This document shows, in pieces, positions 24,421-38,500 of a stretch of 64,000 nucleotides of DNA. The stretch comes from Antedon mediterranea. Its lineage: Eukaryota > Animalia > Echinodermata. Position 1 is the first letter of the stretch. Each line of letters starts with the position of its first letter. The DNA is taken from NCBI RefSeq assembly GCF_964355755.1, contig NC_092680.1, forward strand, positions 248,001 through 312,000, read 5' to 3'. The position numbers and the translations under genes were made by a program. The notes under the pieces are model-generated. The model had not been told where the DNA came from and did no database searches. It saw only the letters and a program-made list of their open reading frames with translations.

Positions 24421-24777
24421 GATGGATTATTCGAACTGTCGCTTGTCATTGGTCAACTCGCTACGTTGCGTTTACATCCTTGCGTTATGTCGCTAGTGGG
24501 AACCACGCTTTAACATTGGTCAACTCGCTACGTTGCGTTTACGTCCTTGCGTTACGTCGCTAGTGGGAACCACGCTTTAACATTGGTCAACTCGCTACCT
24601 TGCGTTTACGTCCTTGCGTTACGTCGCTAGTGGGAACCACGCTTTAACATTGGTCAACTCGCTACGTTGCGTTTACGTCCTTGCGTTACGTCGCTAGTGG
24701 GAACCACGCTTTAACATTGGTCAACTCGCTACGTTGCGTTTACGTCCTTGCGTTTACGTCGTAGTGGGAACCAAGCT
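24421..24777. repeat. 67-bp x5 tandem array derived from the right end of MITE family B
   Basis: Unit CATTGGTCAACTCGCTACGTTGCG...CTAGTGGGAACCACGCTTTAA. Confidence 0.85.
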
Positions 24778-26089
24778 TTATAGAATAGCAATGATATGAA
24801 CGGCGTTTTAATGTTTTAACTGGATGAAATGAGTCAAATTTGTCTGGTTTAACCTTGTATTAAATAGTAAACAACTAGATTCATTCAGTCATTCACTCCA
24901 AAATAAAAAAAATCATCACTAGAAACTAACAAGAACATAAATATCCTAAAATATTAATTAGTCTATTTCGCAAAACTTTCTTTATGATTTCCATAGTACG
25001 TCCAAATGTTCACCAGCTACGAACGCACGAAAACAGAAAACACAATAATAAATAGGTCTAACGATTGATGATAAATAGATAACCATACATTTTCTTACAT
25101 AAAACAACAGAAATCTAAAAAGTTTACATTCGAGAACTGTAGAATAACCATAAATGCTATCTTTCCAATCCAATCCAATCAAATTACGTCTTGATCAATA
25201 AGAACAGTCATCGTTGTATCGTCACGACTAATTATTTCTTTTACTAATCATGATGTCATTTGATTGGACGCGTGAAAATATTATTTTATCAAAGTCAACA
25301 TATGGTTATCCTATAGTTCTAGGATAAAAACATTTTAGATTTCTGTTTTATGTAGGAAAAATGCATATTTATCGTAAGCACACTTTAGACTAATCAATTT
25401 TTCAGAGCATGTAGGACGGTAAAAAGCTAAAGATATCGAGAGCATGTAACGAACGGACATATACTAATACTAATACTGCATGCCAACGGATAGACGTACC
25501 AAAACAACATGCAAATAAGATATATGCAAATTAATATACAGCAAAGATCCAACAATTCGCGCTACAGCTACTCCAACATGGGCCATGGCACTGAGTTGAG
25601 AGTTTAGTTATTAATATGGGATTATGTCTACTTTAGTACTAGTAGGCCTAATGTTTGAACCCTTTTGAGATGAACTTACCTACCAAGAAAAGAAAAACAA
25701 GACCACCTGAGGTAAATTTTGTAGTCTGAGGTAGGATATTGACATATTTCATGTAGGATACATGTATTGTGTATTCGAGTCCCACACGAGAATTTCTTTT
25801 GAATTTTTCTCGAACAATGTACAAAATTGCGTTATACAGGACAAATATCTGACTCAATTATTTTATATTGAATAAGCCTCGTATTTTACTATCATAGTTT
25901 ATTTAATGTGATGCTCAATTAGGATTTTCGGAAGGATTATGCAGATGGTAGGATTATTTACAAATATTATTTTAAACAAACAAATTTAAATATCAAATGT
26001 TTACTAATAAGTATAATTAAACATAAATATGACAGAAATTTTATTCCGGATTTGAAACATTTAATAACATTTTTACATTGTTATTGTTT

Positions 26090-26254
26090 TTATAAAACCA
26101 ACTATAGAGGGCGGTATATCTAAACACGGGCGCCGAATTTCGGCTGTGATTGAGACTTTTTGTGTTACATCTTCGATAAAATACTTCCTTTTTTTGTTAT
26201 GTAGTTTATAAAATGTTGTAGAATTCACCATATTGTCTGGAAAAAGTAATAATT
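26090..26254 (+). promoter_or_regulatory. Probable AF9/ENL promoter and 5' UTR
   Basis: Locally CpG-rich; GGGCGG box near 26108 and ACTTCCT ETS-like site upstream of the ATG. Confidence 0.4.
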
Positions 26255-26266
26255 ATGACCACCCAG
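26255..26266 (+). CDS. MLLT3: AF9/ENL exon 1 (MTTQ)
   Basis: ATG...CAG|GTAAG; a 4-codon first coding exon as in vertebrate AF9/ENL. Confidence 0.75.
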
Positions 26267-29200
26267 GTAAGAAAACAATCGTAGTTATATACAAATGTGT
26301 ACAATTATTTGTAAATAACAGACAGCGTCATGCCTGACGCTTTTTGAGCCATCATTCGTTTTGGATGGGTTGATTGCGGCTGCTGATTGCGGTTCGATGT
26401 ATTATGACGGGAAAGGGAAAGCTAGAATTAGTAGCCTAGTAAGTAGGCATAAAGGAGAAGAAATAATATAGTATCTAGAGAGTAATTAGTACTTAATACA
26501 ATTACACATGTCTGTCATCATACCATAGTTTTTTAGCATCCTTCATTCATAATCATTCAAGCAAAACATAATTTATAAAACAAAAAAATGTCTCAAGAAA
26601 AAAAGAGCAAAATCACAATAATTACAATACAATACAGCAATTCTATACTAATAAAGATAGTACTTATGATGTTTAGAAAAGAATTTAATAATTTCCCCCT
26701 TGACAGTGTGATTTCCGGCAATATCAACTGCATACATGGTTTTTCAACATAATTTTGTCTTCCCTGTCTTGTGGAAGTTTTTTTATACTGTAGTAGCAAA
26801 CATAGATAGTGCCTGCCCACCTTGTCCACCAACTGCGGTTTCCACAGCAGACGTGCCAACCCTCACAATTTCTCCAAGAGCCTTTCAATTTTACTGTCTG
26901 AATTCTGTTTTTTTAAAGTTTATTTACTGCATTTAATCTGAGACATCAATACCAGACATTCAAATCGCATGTCGCTTCTTTTGATCTTTGATTTTCATCT
27001 TGGTGAACTCATTGTTATGCAAATTACTTACTCAAGACCGCGTTGCGATAATCAGATTTTAGTAATATAACATGCATATTCTCATTTTGTTCTAATTTTC
27101 TTGTTAATACAGTAAATTGCAGTTGAAGATCGACTACTGTAGGCCTACTGTACCTGCTAGACTCAGCAGCGGCGTAGTGTCATTTTTGTAACCACTAACT
27201 AAAAATTTGTATTTGTAAGCTTTATAATTTCATTAATGTAATCTTGAAGTTGCATTAGGTTTACACAGATTACACTGTTATTAAGTTGCATTAGGTTTAC
27301 ACAGATTACACTGAACTTATAAATTGACAAAGATTATAACAGTTATACATATTTCCTGTCAATTTACCCAAAATCGATATTTTTCACCCAAAAAAATTGT
27401 CAAACTTTCACCAATTTCAATATTTTTTTCATAAATCGTCTCACTTTTATAGTTCTATTCATGAAATAATCAATATTAAGTTGGTTTAAAGATTTTTTAA
27501 AGATTTGCCCAGGTATTGCTTAACTGTGCAAACTTCTGGGTTGATGATAAAACAGGTACATACATTCCAACAAACACTTAATGCAAATCCATTTATGAAC
27601 TTTATTCAATTGTTTGTGCAAGGGTAATAATAGATGACAGTGTACAATGACTTTAGAGTGATCCACTTTAAGTAAAAATAAGTTGACAATAAAAATGCTA
27701 GAGAGTGCGGCAGTGAGGAAATGACATAATTGCAAGTAGAGTGTAAATGACTAATGTATCTGATATTACTAACAGTAAAATGATTAATAGATTACCGTGC
27801 AACCAGGTAGGATGTTAGAACTACTCTAGTATCTATTGCTTGTCACATTTATTATTATAATTCAAGAAACATTCAGTAAACCATTCAAAACTGGGAATGA
27901 ATGCCTCTAACGTATGCAGAGTGGGCTTATTTATGAGATTCGTATGCAGAGTGAGCTTATTTATGAGATTTGTATGCAGAGTGGGCTTATATTATGAGAT
28001 TCGTATGCAGAGTGGGCTTATTTATGAGATTCGTATGCAGAGTGGGCTTATTTATGAGATTCGTATGCAGAGTGAGCTTATTTATGAGATTTGTATGCAG
28101 AGTGGGCTTATTTATGAGATTTGTATGCAGAGTGGGCTTATATTATGAGTTTGCACAATTATAAAACATTGAATGTTAAACCAATTTATTATGCAAAAAT
28201 TCAGTTTAACAATATCCATTCTTTGAATACCCTTTTCATGGTTGACTGATTACATGATTATAATATTAAAAAATAAATGCATTGTATTATATCTTGACTA
28301 TGATCTCTATTTTTTTTATTCAATATTAATATACAGTCTATAACTATTCAATATTAATATACAGTCTATAGTATAACTATTCAATATTCATATACAGTCT
28401 ATAACTATTCAATATTAATATACAGTCTATAACTATTCAATATTAATATACAGTCTATAACTATTTTATCACTACAAACAAGAGAATGCTGACATACTGT
28501 AACAGTAATAACAAGGAGCTACTGTACCTATTTGATATCCACCTAGAAAATTCACATCTAAACTTTTTTTATTCAAGTTATTTACCTTAGATTTTGTTTT
28601 ATCTTTTTTAGTGCGTACAGGTGAAGTTGGATCTTGGTCATCGCGCATCATTCCGCAAGGAGCCAACACCTAAGGGCTTCACGCATGACTGGTCCGTGTT
28701 TGTACGTGGCCCAGATGGCAATAATATTCAACACTTTGTAGAGAAGGTTGTATTTGTCCTTCATGACAGTTTTAACAAGCCTAGAAGAGGTAAGGCGTAA
28801 ATGGTGTTATACCAGTCTGTGGTGACAAGTTCATGTTGTGGCCTACTTAGTCTTGTTGTGTCACTGTCAGCCTACTTAGTCTTGTTGTGTCACTGTCAGC
28901 CTACTTAGTCTTGTTGTGTCACTGTCAGCCTACTTAGTCTTGTTGTGTCACTGTCAGCCTTTCCCTTCGGAGAATAGTAGACTCACCTCAGCCTAATGTT
29001 TATGTCTCTAATATTAAAATACATTTTTAGCAACGTACAGTATACAATATCCCTTTATGATTTTGGATTATACAGTAGCCCTTGGTTGATTGTAAAACAT
29101 GGTTGAACAAATCTAAAAGGTGTTGAAATAGTTATATACAGGCAATAATTTGGTTCAAAATATTATATTTCAATTTTGTATACTTATCCCTAATAATAAA

Positions 29201-31561
29201 ATCGGTACTGTATTTTAAAAAAAAATTTTTAAGAGAGGCATACATTATAATATTTATAATATTTTTAATAACTTTGAAAAATTACCTTTTATAACATTTT
29301 TTTTTAGTAAAAAAGGAGCCACCATATGAAATTGAAGAGGTTGGCTATGCTGGCTTTCACCTTCCGATTGAAGTGCACTTCAAGAACAAGGAAGAGCCCA
29401 AGAAGGTTGTCTTTGAGTATGACATGTTCCTTCACTTGGAGAAATCTCCACCAGTCAACCACATTCGATATGAGAAGCTGACCTTCAGAAATCCCACCGA
29501 GGATTTCAGAAGAAAGCTGTTAAAAGGTGGTGGGGTAAGGCTTTCTTTACATTTCATCATACAGGAAAAATGTGTAAAATTATAGGAAAACCCAATTAAG
29601 ACATGTAAAGTAGTGAACCAGCATGTTGCGGTTGTCATCTGTTTAACATCTGTGAATCATCTGTGGCTTGTATTCAGTATGTGTCATGTTGTGTCATTAT
29701 TTAGCAGCTACTTACTTACAATACAACCACAAAACATGGAGACACCTAAATGAGTTGTTTGTGTAAGTTTGTTTATAGAATGCACATTTTTTTTCTCTAT
29801 ATTGTTATTTTTATCTGCCATTTATATTTGAAATATGATCAAAACAATATAACATTTGGCCTTAAACAACAATGCAAACACAAATACTTTCACAACCTTG
29901 TTTTTTAATGTGTTTATATTGTTTTGTGAAGCTAAATGCTTATAGGCCTACATAACAATGATACAAAACATAACAGGATTTATGTGTTGTTTTCATTCTA
30001 ATGAATTACCCAAGTAGTTATGACACACCTATTGGGCGGTATTATCTTCCTTCATAATTAAAAATAAAAATAACGATTTATGATTAGGTTGGAATCAACC
30101 CAGATGCTCCAGATTTAAACTCTTCAAGTTTAGAGACCACTACTGGGCCTCTGGAGACCAGTCTTATGCCTGTACATACAGTACAGGTACCAAAGGTGAA
30201 GGGTAAGCCACATGCAGCTGCTTCTAATGCTCTTGCACTTAAGAAACCCAAAGAGAAAAAGGTCAGTTGCAGTGTTTTATTTCACTTTTTGTTTTTATAT
30301 ATTTAGGCAAGGATAACCATAAGCGAATTCATTCACTATCCTTCTTAAAGGTGGCAATCCTGTTCACAAGACAAACATACACAAGATGCTTTACATAAAC
30401 AAAGTCTTATTACAAGTCTTTGGGAGTGGTGTAATTTGTCATTAGAAATTGAATTGGTAGCCAAGCATTATAACCACCAAGTCACAACTCCACTTGCATT
30501 ATTTATTAATTATTATTTAGTAATCATACTTTTTACCAATTAACTTGTGTACTTCATGTAAAGTAATTTGACATAATTATGTATATTTGTGTTTTTAGGA
30601 AGGGTCAAGCAGAAGTCCAGTTGCAAGTAAGCCAAGTAAAGGAAAGGAACCCAAATCTATGACACCAAAGGAAAGTAAACCTAAGGATCCCAACAAACAG
30701 AATGTGAAAAGACAGAGTAATCCAAGTAATTCAGCGCCAGAGCAAATAAAGAAACGTAAAAAGAGTTCCTCTGGACTGAAAACGGGAGAAAAAAATGATA
30801 AGCCAAATTCTAATGAAAAAATAAAATTGAAAGAGAAAGTTAAACAGCCGAAAGTACAAGAGGAACCTTTGTTCAAACCGGAGGCTGTTGTAGAACGCAA
30901 GAATAAGACAAAACCAGAGCCTCCAAAAAAAATGTTACCGCCATTTGATGCTGAACTTAGCACGGAGGAGATTGAGGATGTGCCCTCTCCTGGGTCAAGC
31001 ACAAGCTTCTCATCGTTTCCGAATAAACAAAGCGGTGGCGCTCTTAATACGCTGATGCAGGAATTCATGCAAGAATCTGACAATGAGGATCTTGAGGACA
31101 GCAGTGAAATTGTCGGTACGCCATTTCAAGGCGAACCTTATAAAGCAGTACTGTCCGACGACGACAGCGATAATGAACAGCATCATTTTAACCAATCATC
31201 ACCCGCACCTGTTGCTACACCTCCCCCGGTAGAAAAACCAAAAACAACTCAAAAAACAACTCAGAAGAAAGCAACAAATGGAAAAAAAAGTAAAGTGAAT
31301 GAAAAGAAAGATAGAACAACTGAAGTTAAAAAAGTGAAAAAGCCAGCTGTTGCTAAAAAGACTGAGCTTGAAGAACTAGTTGATCTGCACCAGAGACTAA
31401 TGAGTTTACACAATCGTGAACATTTACAAAAGGTCGCTGACCTCATTGAAGAGACCGGCCTCTTTCAGATTACTACCTCCACTTTTGACTTTGATTTGTG
31501 TTCCCTAGATAAATCCACAATACAAAAATTGCAAAATTGTATCGAAACACTTGTAATGTGA
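26255..31561 (+). CDS. MLLT3: AF9/ENL (MLLT3/MLLT1) YEATS-domain super elongation complex subunit, complete, 5 exons
   Basis: join(26255-26266,28612-28789,29308-29534,30088-30261,30599-31561). YEATS: VQVKLDLGH...THDW...HDSF...GYAGF. C-terminal AHD: [23 protein letters not shown]. Confidence 0.95.
27911..28149. repeat. 30-bp x8 minisatellite
   Basis: Unit GTATGCAGAGTGGGCTTATTTATGAGATTC. Confidence 0.92.
28317..28465. repeat. 28-bp x5 minisatellite
   Basis: Unit CAATATTAATATACAGTCTATAACTATT. Confidence 0.85.
28612..28789 (+). CDS. MLLT3: AF9/ENL exon 2, YEATS N-half
   Basis: [33 protein letters not shown]...[10 protein letters not shown]. Confidence 0.95.
28842..28960. repeat. 29-bp x4 minisatellite
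   Basis: Unit GCCTACTTAGTCTTGTTGTGTCACTGTCA. Confidence 0.9.
29308..29534 (+). CDS. MLLT3: AF9/ENL exon 3, YEATS C-half
   Basis: [14 protein letters not shown]...[21 protein letters not shown]. Confidence 0.95.
30088..30261 (+). CDS. MLLT3: AF9/ENL exon 4, linker
   Basis: 174-bp open phase 0-0 exon, higher GC. Confidence 0.75.
30599..31561 (+). CDS. MLLT3: AF9/ENL exon 5, Lys/Ser-rich disordered region plus AHD
   Basis: 300-aa ORF ending in the ANC1 homology domain. Confidence 0.95.
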   Translation, partial: EGSSRSPVASKPSKGKEPKSMTPKESKPKDPNKQNVKRQSNPSNSAPEQIKKRKKSSSGLKTGEKNDKPNSNEKIKLKEKVKQPKVQEEPLFKPEAVVERKNKTKPEPPKKMLPPFDAELSTEEIEDVPSPGSSTSFSSFPNKQSGGALNTLMQEFMQESDNEDLEDSSEIVGTPFQGEPYKAVLSDDDSDNEQHHFNQSSPAPVATPPPVEKPKTTQKTTQKKATNGKKSKVNEKKDRTTEVKKVKKPAVAKKTELEELVDLHQRLMSLHNREHLQKVADLIEETGLFQITTSTFDFDLCSLDKSTIQKLQNCIETLVM

Positions 31562-32701
31562 ACTCACTATGGTGTGCTAAAGGTTGCGTGGTGTGCTATG
31601 TAGTTTGTGATCAAATTCATCGTTTGTTTCAACACAAGGTACTGTATTCATCTCAAGTATTGCAACAACTCAGTATTGTACAGTATTTAAAGTGGCAGGT
31701 AAATGAGGTTAAATTAATGATTAACAGGGATATCAAACAGTATAAATATTTGTGAAACTATATTGTTTAAATGACCATAATATTATGGTAGCAGTATAGT
31801 AAATAACTATTGGGTTTAATTTCTAAAAATCATTTTAATAAATTACTAAAATGAACAGTAAAGTGCTGTAGATAAAAATCTGCCAAAGATAAGGTGATAG
31901 AAAGACAAAATATGACAATATTTTATTAATTGTAATAAATTTTAATGATTTAAATAATCATCACCACTAAGAATTAGATTTATTCACAAATTATACATAA
32001 TATTAATAATCAATTCTAAACAATCTGTTTGAGCATTGCTTCTTGTTGAGTAGCACAATGCAGTGACAACAAACCCTTTGTATTGCTCACAAATTGATAA
32101 TATTGTATTTAATTATATCAAAACCAGGGAAGAGTATAATTTTACGCTTCCCTGATCAAAACCAATTTTGTAAAAACATTTAATCATTTTAAAGTATTAA
32201 AATAGGAAGGTTGTTGTCAGCTGAAGTTGCTGAATTTAGTTTAAGTTGGTGTTGTTTCATGAACATTACTGGACTTTTGATTTTATAAGATTTTATTTAG
32301 TATTTTCTAATTTAAAAAGAGCCGTTATTTTTTTATACATTGATATGCTGTATTCAGGTACTGCCAGTTATGCTAATATAATTTGAGAGTTCATTTGAGT
32401 TCATTCAAAGATATTAGGCAGAGTCCATTCTGTAATCATGCTTCAACTTGATTTTTTTAAACATTCAAAATTAGTAGTAAATATTATTTTAGCTAGATAT
32501 CCTTTACAGTATTAAAATTGTTTGATAAAGCTATTAAATATGGGTGTTGAATGAATGTTTATGAGTTAAATGGTAAGAATATTTCATCAGTAGACTGCTT
32601 TATTTTATGAGGCGGAGCATTGAATCTTTCAATGAATGAAATATTCTCTCTATTCAATACCTACCGAGAACTATGTCAAAAACGAAATACCATATACCTA
32701 A

Positions 32702-33050
32702 CTAGGCTCTAAGGCTAGCTCAGCTAGGCAGATGATGGGTATTACACCCTAGCTAAGCTCTACGGCTCAGCTCAGCTAGGCAGATGATGGGTATTACACC
32801 CTAGCTAAGCTCTACGGCTAAGCTCAGCTAGGCAGATGGTGGGTATTACACCCTAGCTAAGCTCTACGGCTAAGCTCAGCTAGGCAGATGTTGGGTATTA
32901 CACCCTAGCTAAGCTCTACGGCTAAGCTCAGCTAGGCAGATGGTGGGTATTACACCCTAGCTAAGCTCTACGGCTAAGCTCAGCTAGGCAGATGTTGGGT
33001 ATTACACCCTAGCTAAGCTCTACGGCTAAGCTCAGCTCGGCTAGGCAGAT
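32702..33050. repeat. 52-bp x~6.5 minisatellite downstream of AF9
   Basis: Unit CTAGCTAAGCTCTACGGCTAAGCTCAGCTAGGCAGATGGTGGGTATTACACC. Confidence 0.92.
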
Positions 33051-34933
33051 GATCATAAGAGAAACTACTTCAGTTTTTTTTTAACAACAACACTTGTATT
33101 ATTACGATCATGCAAACAATTTAAAGCCAAGATTTTTTGTGTTAATTATTAAAAAATGTTCAGATATAGAGTGCCATTTTAAATGTTAATGTTTTGAAAA
33201 ACTGCAAGCAAATAGGCTTCACCAGAGCCTGCCTGAGAAATTTTTTCGTACAACTGAACAGTAGATATCAAGAACACATGAAGCAACATTAACCAATCAA
33301 ATTGCAAGAATACACAAGGTGTACAATAGTAGTAATAGTACCAATTCAGCTATAGTTTTTGTCACAATCTAGCAATGTATTTCTGTCAATTCATAAAATG
33401 ATAGATTTGTTGATATTATATCCTGTTAATATTGTATTGTAAAATGTGTCTATATTCTCAATTCCTTGGTGTTTGTTTTGTATGATTGGGATAGTTGTTA
33501 TGGTGCATAGTAAGTTTTATGTTAATCTGTTACTCAGTTTTGCCAAATGAGTCATTGCGCAAGTCGTGGCCGTATTTTCAAAAATCATGAAGCGAGATAT
33601 TTCACAACAGACAATAAATATTTAAGGATATCCGTTTTAAGGATGTTTTCTGTAGTCGAAGCGTGAATAGGGACCACATAGAGACATCTACCAACACATA
33701 AATTAATATACACCATGTAAATCATGTATTTTGCAATAAGATTAAAATACTTTCTACAGTTTTTTTAAAATATATTGTTATATTCAAAATAAATAAAGGT
33801 TAATAATAACGGTGTACAGATTAGCAATTGTGCATTTAATACCAAATGCTCAATGGTGGGGTTAGAGTTCTCGTCAATTTAGCACCTTTTTAGGAGGTGG
33901 TGAGGATTTTGGTAAACTTCAATCTTTTCACCAGATTTCACCAGACGTCCACAAAATGATATAATGCAGGGTACAGTCTATTTCCCATGGCCTATATGAT
34001 TTATAAATGTCCCGCTGACTTGGTTAAAGCCACAATGAAATATCTTGATTTTGTAAGGTTTTCACTAAAATATTATATAAATTAAGAAAAATGTTTTTTA
34101 TTTTATGTGAAATTTAATATTGTAAATTATATATCTTTGATAAATAAGATGTAAACTGGGTGAGATAAAATTGGAATTTTATTTAAACATTTTATTGCAG
34201 ATAAAGTACTGATTTCTAAATGTTAACATTTTCTTCTGCATTTTAAATTTATTTTATAACATTTAAATAATAGAGAAAAATGAATCTTAATATTTTAAAC
34301 TTTAAATGTAAGAGTGCAGGTGGTCTGCCTAAGTAAATCAGTAATTCAAGTGTGTGGGATTGAATAACTCTTTTAAATTGAAAGGTTTCATGTACATCAA
34401 ATGTTTCATGTACAAAAGAATTCATGTACATCCTATATTTAAAGCAGTAATCTCATAAGGGAGGGAAGGTTTTATTATCAGTATGATCTATATATATAAT
34501 ATCTTTTTGTAAGTACAGTATTCTGAATGTCAAAGTGTGTAACCAGTAATTCTTAGTTACTTTACTCCTGCCAAGTATTTTAAGCAATATATGTATTTAC
34601 GTTTTATTAAGTAAAAATGTCCTAATCTTCAGAATACATATAATATTACTATATTATTGTTTATACTATATTCAGATTGTTGTTTTAATGTGTTTACTAT
34701 TGGGACATGTATTTTGTAGGAAAGAAAGTGCTAGATATTTGTTGCTTTACTGCCCTCATGCAGGTGTATTACGTGATTACAAAGAGTATCTTACAGATAA
34801 AGTCTTTTATATGTAAGCTTTAGTGCAAATAATTTATATATTACTCTTAAATGCTGAATAATTTCAACAAAATTGTGTATTGTTTTGTTTTCAATTGTGA
34901 TAACATGGAAATAGTTGTTGTTGGGCATAATAA

Positions 34934-35042
34934 GGCTTGGTTCCCACTAGAGACACAACATAAAGATGTAACATGATGGATTTGATTAAACGATGGATTA
35001 TTCAAACTGTTGCTTGCGTCGCGCCCTAGTGGGAACCAAGCT
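34934..35042. mobile_element. MITE family B copy
   Basis: GGCTTGGTTCCCACTAG...CTAGTGGGAACCAAGCT, TAA/TTA flanks. Confidence 0.7.
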
Positions 35043-35559
35043 TTAATAATAAATATTATATATTTTTAAAAGCCAGTGGATTTTTAGTTGAATTATTTTT
35101 ATATAAATGGAAAATTTTTTTTTTTTTCTACGAAAATGATTAACTTTATTAAAACTGCACAATGCTTTGTGGGGGGGGGGGGGCATCTAATGTCCATCTA
35201 GTTATATTTGTAAAATCAATTTAAACATTTGGTTTTCAATGTAACATGAGTGGGTCAATCTGAAGTATAATTTATATTTTTTATTTACCTTTATATAATT
35301 TCTTATATTTAAACAGTTATTCAGAAAAGTATTTTAAAACAACTTGGTATTAATTTATTAACAATATACCACTTTTGTATACAATATATGTAAATACATA
35401 TTTATATTTCTGTTTCTTGATTTAAACAGTGTAGGTATTTGCATGATTTAGATTTAGAAAAAATGGACTGTTTTAAAGTTTAATACAGCTTTGTTTTTGT
35501 GTTATTTAATAAATATCAATGTTTTTATATTGCTTTTTTTGTTTATAATTCAATGTTCA

Positions 35560-38500
35560 TTTTCGCAGAATCATTTGTGTTCTGCGCATGTCAATTATAT
35601 AATAGTCAATTATGTAAAAAAAATAGAAAGTTTGAAATAATATTACTAGTTACTTTGGCTCTATAAGATGGTGATAACAGAATATATGCTAATATTATGG
35701 CAATATTATGGCATAATTGTTGAATATGGTGTAATATGGTGTTATGATCATCTTATAGAGCCATAGAAATTGTGCTATAGTCAAAAAATAAAAGGGTCGA
35801 AATTTTTTTGAAAAATGACCAAAATATCCACTTTTTAAAATTCAATAAATATGCCATAATATTGCCATATATGCGCATATATGGTGTTATGATCATCTTA
35901 TAGAACCATAGTAACTAGTTATGTCAAATAATAAAAGAGTCGAAAAATTGCAAAATTTCCCTATACTATAGTACAGGGAAATTTTCGAAAAATGGCCGAT
36001 TTTCGACCCTTTTATTTTTTGACATAAATGGTTACTATTGCATAATAAACATGCGCAGAGTCGACTAATGGGTTCTGCGCATGTTAATTGTGCTATAGTA
36101 ACCAGTTTTATCGAAAAATAAAAAGGTCGAAAATTGGCAATTTTTTTGAAAAAATCCTGTACTATAGTACAGGGAAATTTGCGAAATATGGCCGATTTCC
36201 GACCCTTTTATTTTTTGACATAAATTCTTACTATTGCATAATAAACATGCGCAGAGGTGAATAATGGGTTGTGCGCATGTCAATTGTGCTATAGTAACCA
36301 TATTTAACATAAATGGTTACTATTGCATAATAAACATGCGCAGAGACGAAGAATGGGTTCTGCACATGTCAATTGTGCTATAGTAGCCAGTTTTGCCATA
36401 AATGGTTACTATAGCATAATAAACATGCGCAGAGTCGACTAATGGGTTCTGCGCATGTCAATTGTGCTATAGTAACCATATTTGACATAAATGGTTACTA
36501 TTGCATAATAAACATGCACAGAGAAGAATAATGGGTTCTGCGCATGTCAATTGTGCTATAGTAACCAGTTTTATCGAAAAATAAAAAGGTCGAAAATTGG
36601 CCATTTTTTGGAAAAAATCCTGTATTATAGTACAGGGAAATTTGCGAAATATGGCCGATTTCCGACCCTTTTATTTTTTGACATAAATGCTTACTATTGC
36701 ATAATAAACATGCGCAGAGGTGAATAATGCGTTCTGCGCATGTCAATTGTGCTATAGTAACCAGTTTTGACATAAATGGTTACTACAGCATAATAAACAT
36801 GCACAGAGGCGAATAATGGGTTCTGCGCATGTCAATTGCGCTATAGTAACCAGTTTTATCGAAAAATAAAAAGGTCGAAAATTGGCAATTTTTTTGAAAA
36901 AATCCCTGTACTATAGTACAGGGAAATTTGCGAAATATGGCCGATTTCCGACCCTTTTTTTTTGACATAAATGCTTACTATTGCATAATAAACATGCGCA
37001 GAGACGAATAATGGGTTCTGCGCATGTTAATTGTGCTATAGTAACCAGTTTTATCGAAAAATAAAAAGGTCGAAAATTGGCCATTTTTTGGAAAAAATCC
37101 TGTACTATAGTACATGGAAATTAGCGAAATATGGCCGATTTCCGACCCTTTTATTTTTTGACATAAATGCTTACTATTGCATAATAAACATGCGCAGAGG
37201 TGAATAATGGGTTCTGCGCATGTCAATTGTGCTATAGTAACCAGTTTTATCGAAAAATAAAAAGGTCGAAAATTTGCCATTTTTGGAAAAAATCCTGTAC
37301 TATAGTACATGGAAATTTGCGAAATATGGCCGATTTCCGACCCTTTTATTTTTTGACATAAATGCTTACTATTGCATAATAAACATGCGCAGAGGTAAAT
37401 AATGGGTTCTGCGCATGTCAATTGTGCTATAGTAACCAGTTTTATCGAAAAATAAAAAGGTCGAAAATTGGCCATTTTTGGAAAAAATCCTGTACTATAG
37501 TACAGGGAAATTTGCGAAATATAGCCGATTTCCGACCCTGTTATTTTTTGACATAAATGCTTACTATTGCATAATAAACATGCGCAGAGACGAAGAATGG
37601 GTTCTGCACGTGTCAATTGTGCTATAGTAGCCAGTTTTGCCATAAATGGTTACTATAGCATAATAAACATGCGCAGAGTCGACTAATGGGTTCTGCGCAT
37701 GTCAATTGTGCTATAGTAACCATATTTGACATAAATGGTTACTATTGCATAATAAACATGCACAGAGACGAATAATGGGTTCTGCGCATGTCAATTGTGC
37801 TATAGTAACCAGTTTTGACATAAATGGTTACTATAGCATAATAAACATGCACAGAGGCGAATAATGGGTTCTGCGCATGTCAATTGTGCTATAGTAACCA
37901 GTTTTATCGAAAAATAAAAAGGTCGAAAATTGGCCATTTTTTGGAAAAAATCCCTGTACTATAGTACAGGGAAATTTTCGAAAAATGGCTGATTTCCGAC
38001 CCTTTTAATTTTTGACATAAATGGTTACTATTGCATAATAAACATGCGCAGAGACGAATAATGGGTTCTGCGCATATTAATTGTGCTATAGTAACCAGTT
38101 TTATCGAAAAATAAAAACGTCGAAAATTGGCCATTTTTTGGAAAAAATCCTGTACTATAGTACAGGGAAATTTGCGAAATATGGCCGATTTCCGACCCTT
38201 TTATTTTTTGACATAAATGCTTACTATTGCATAATAAACATGCGCAGAGGTGAATAATGCGTTCTGCGCATGTCAATTGTGCTATAGTAACCAGTTTTAT
38301 CGAAAAATAAAAAGGTCGAAAATTGGCCATTTTTGGAAAAAATCCTGTACTATAGTACAGGGAAATTTGCGAAATATAGCCGATTTCCGACCCTTTTATT
38401 TTTTGACATAAATGCTTACTATTGCATAATAAACATGCGCAGAGACGAAGAATGGGTTCTGCACATGTCAATTGTGCTATAGTAGCCAGTTTTGCCATAA

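Noticed and set aside
27897-28164. ORFs with decapeptide repeats
   Set aside because: Translation of a 30-bp minisatellite in AF9 intron 1
30595-31446. Antisense ORFs over AF9 exon 5 (and 19994-20305 over the RhoGEF)
   Set aside because: Shadow frames of real coding exons
35168-35184. Poly-G run as a G-quadruplex element
   Set aside because: Simple homopolymer with no other support
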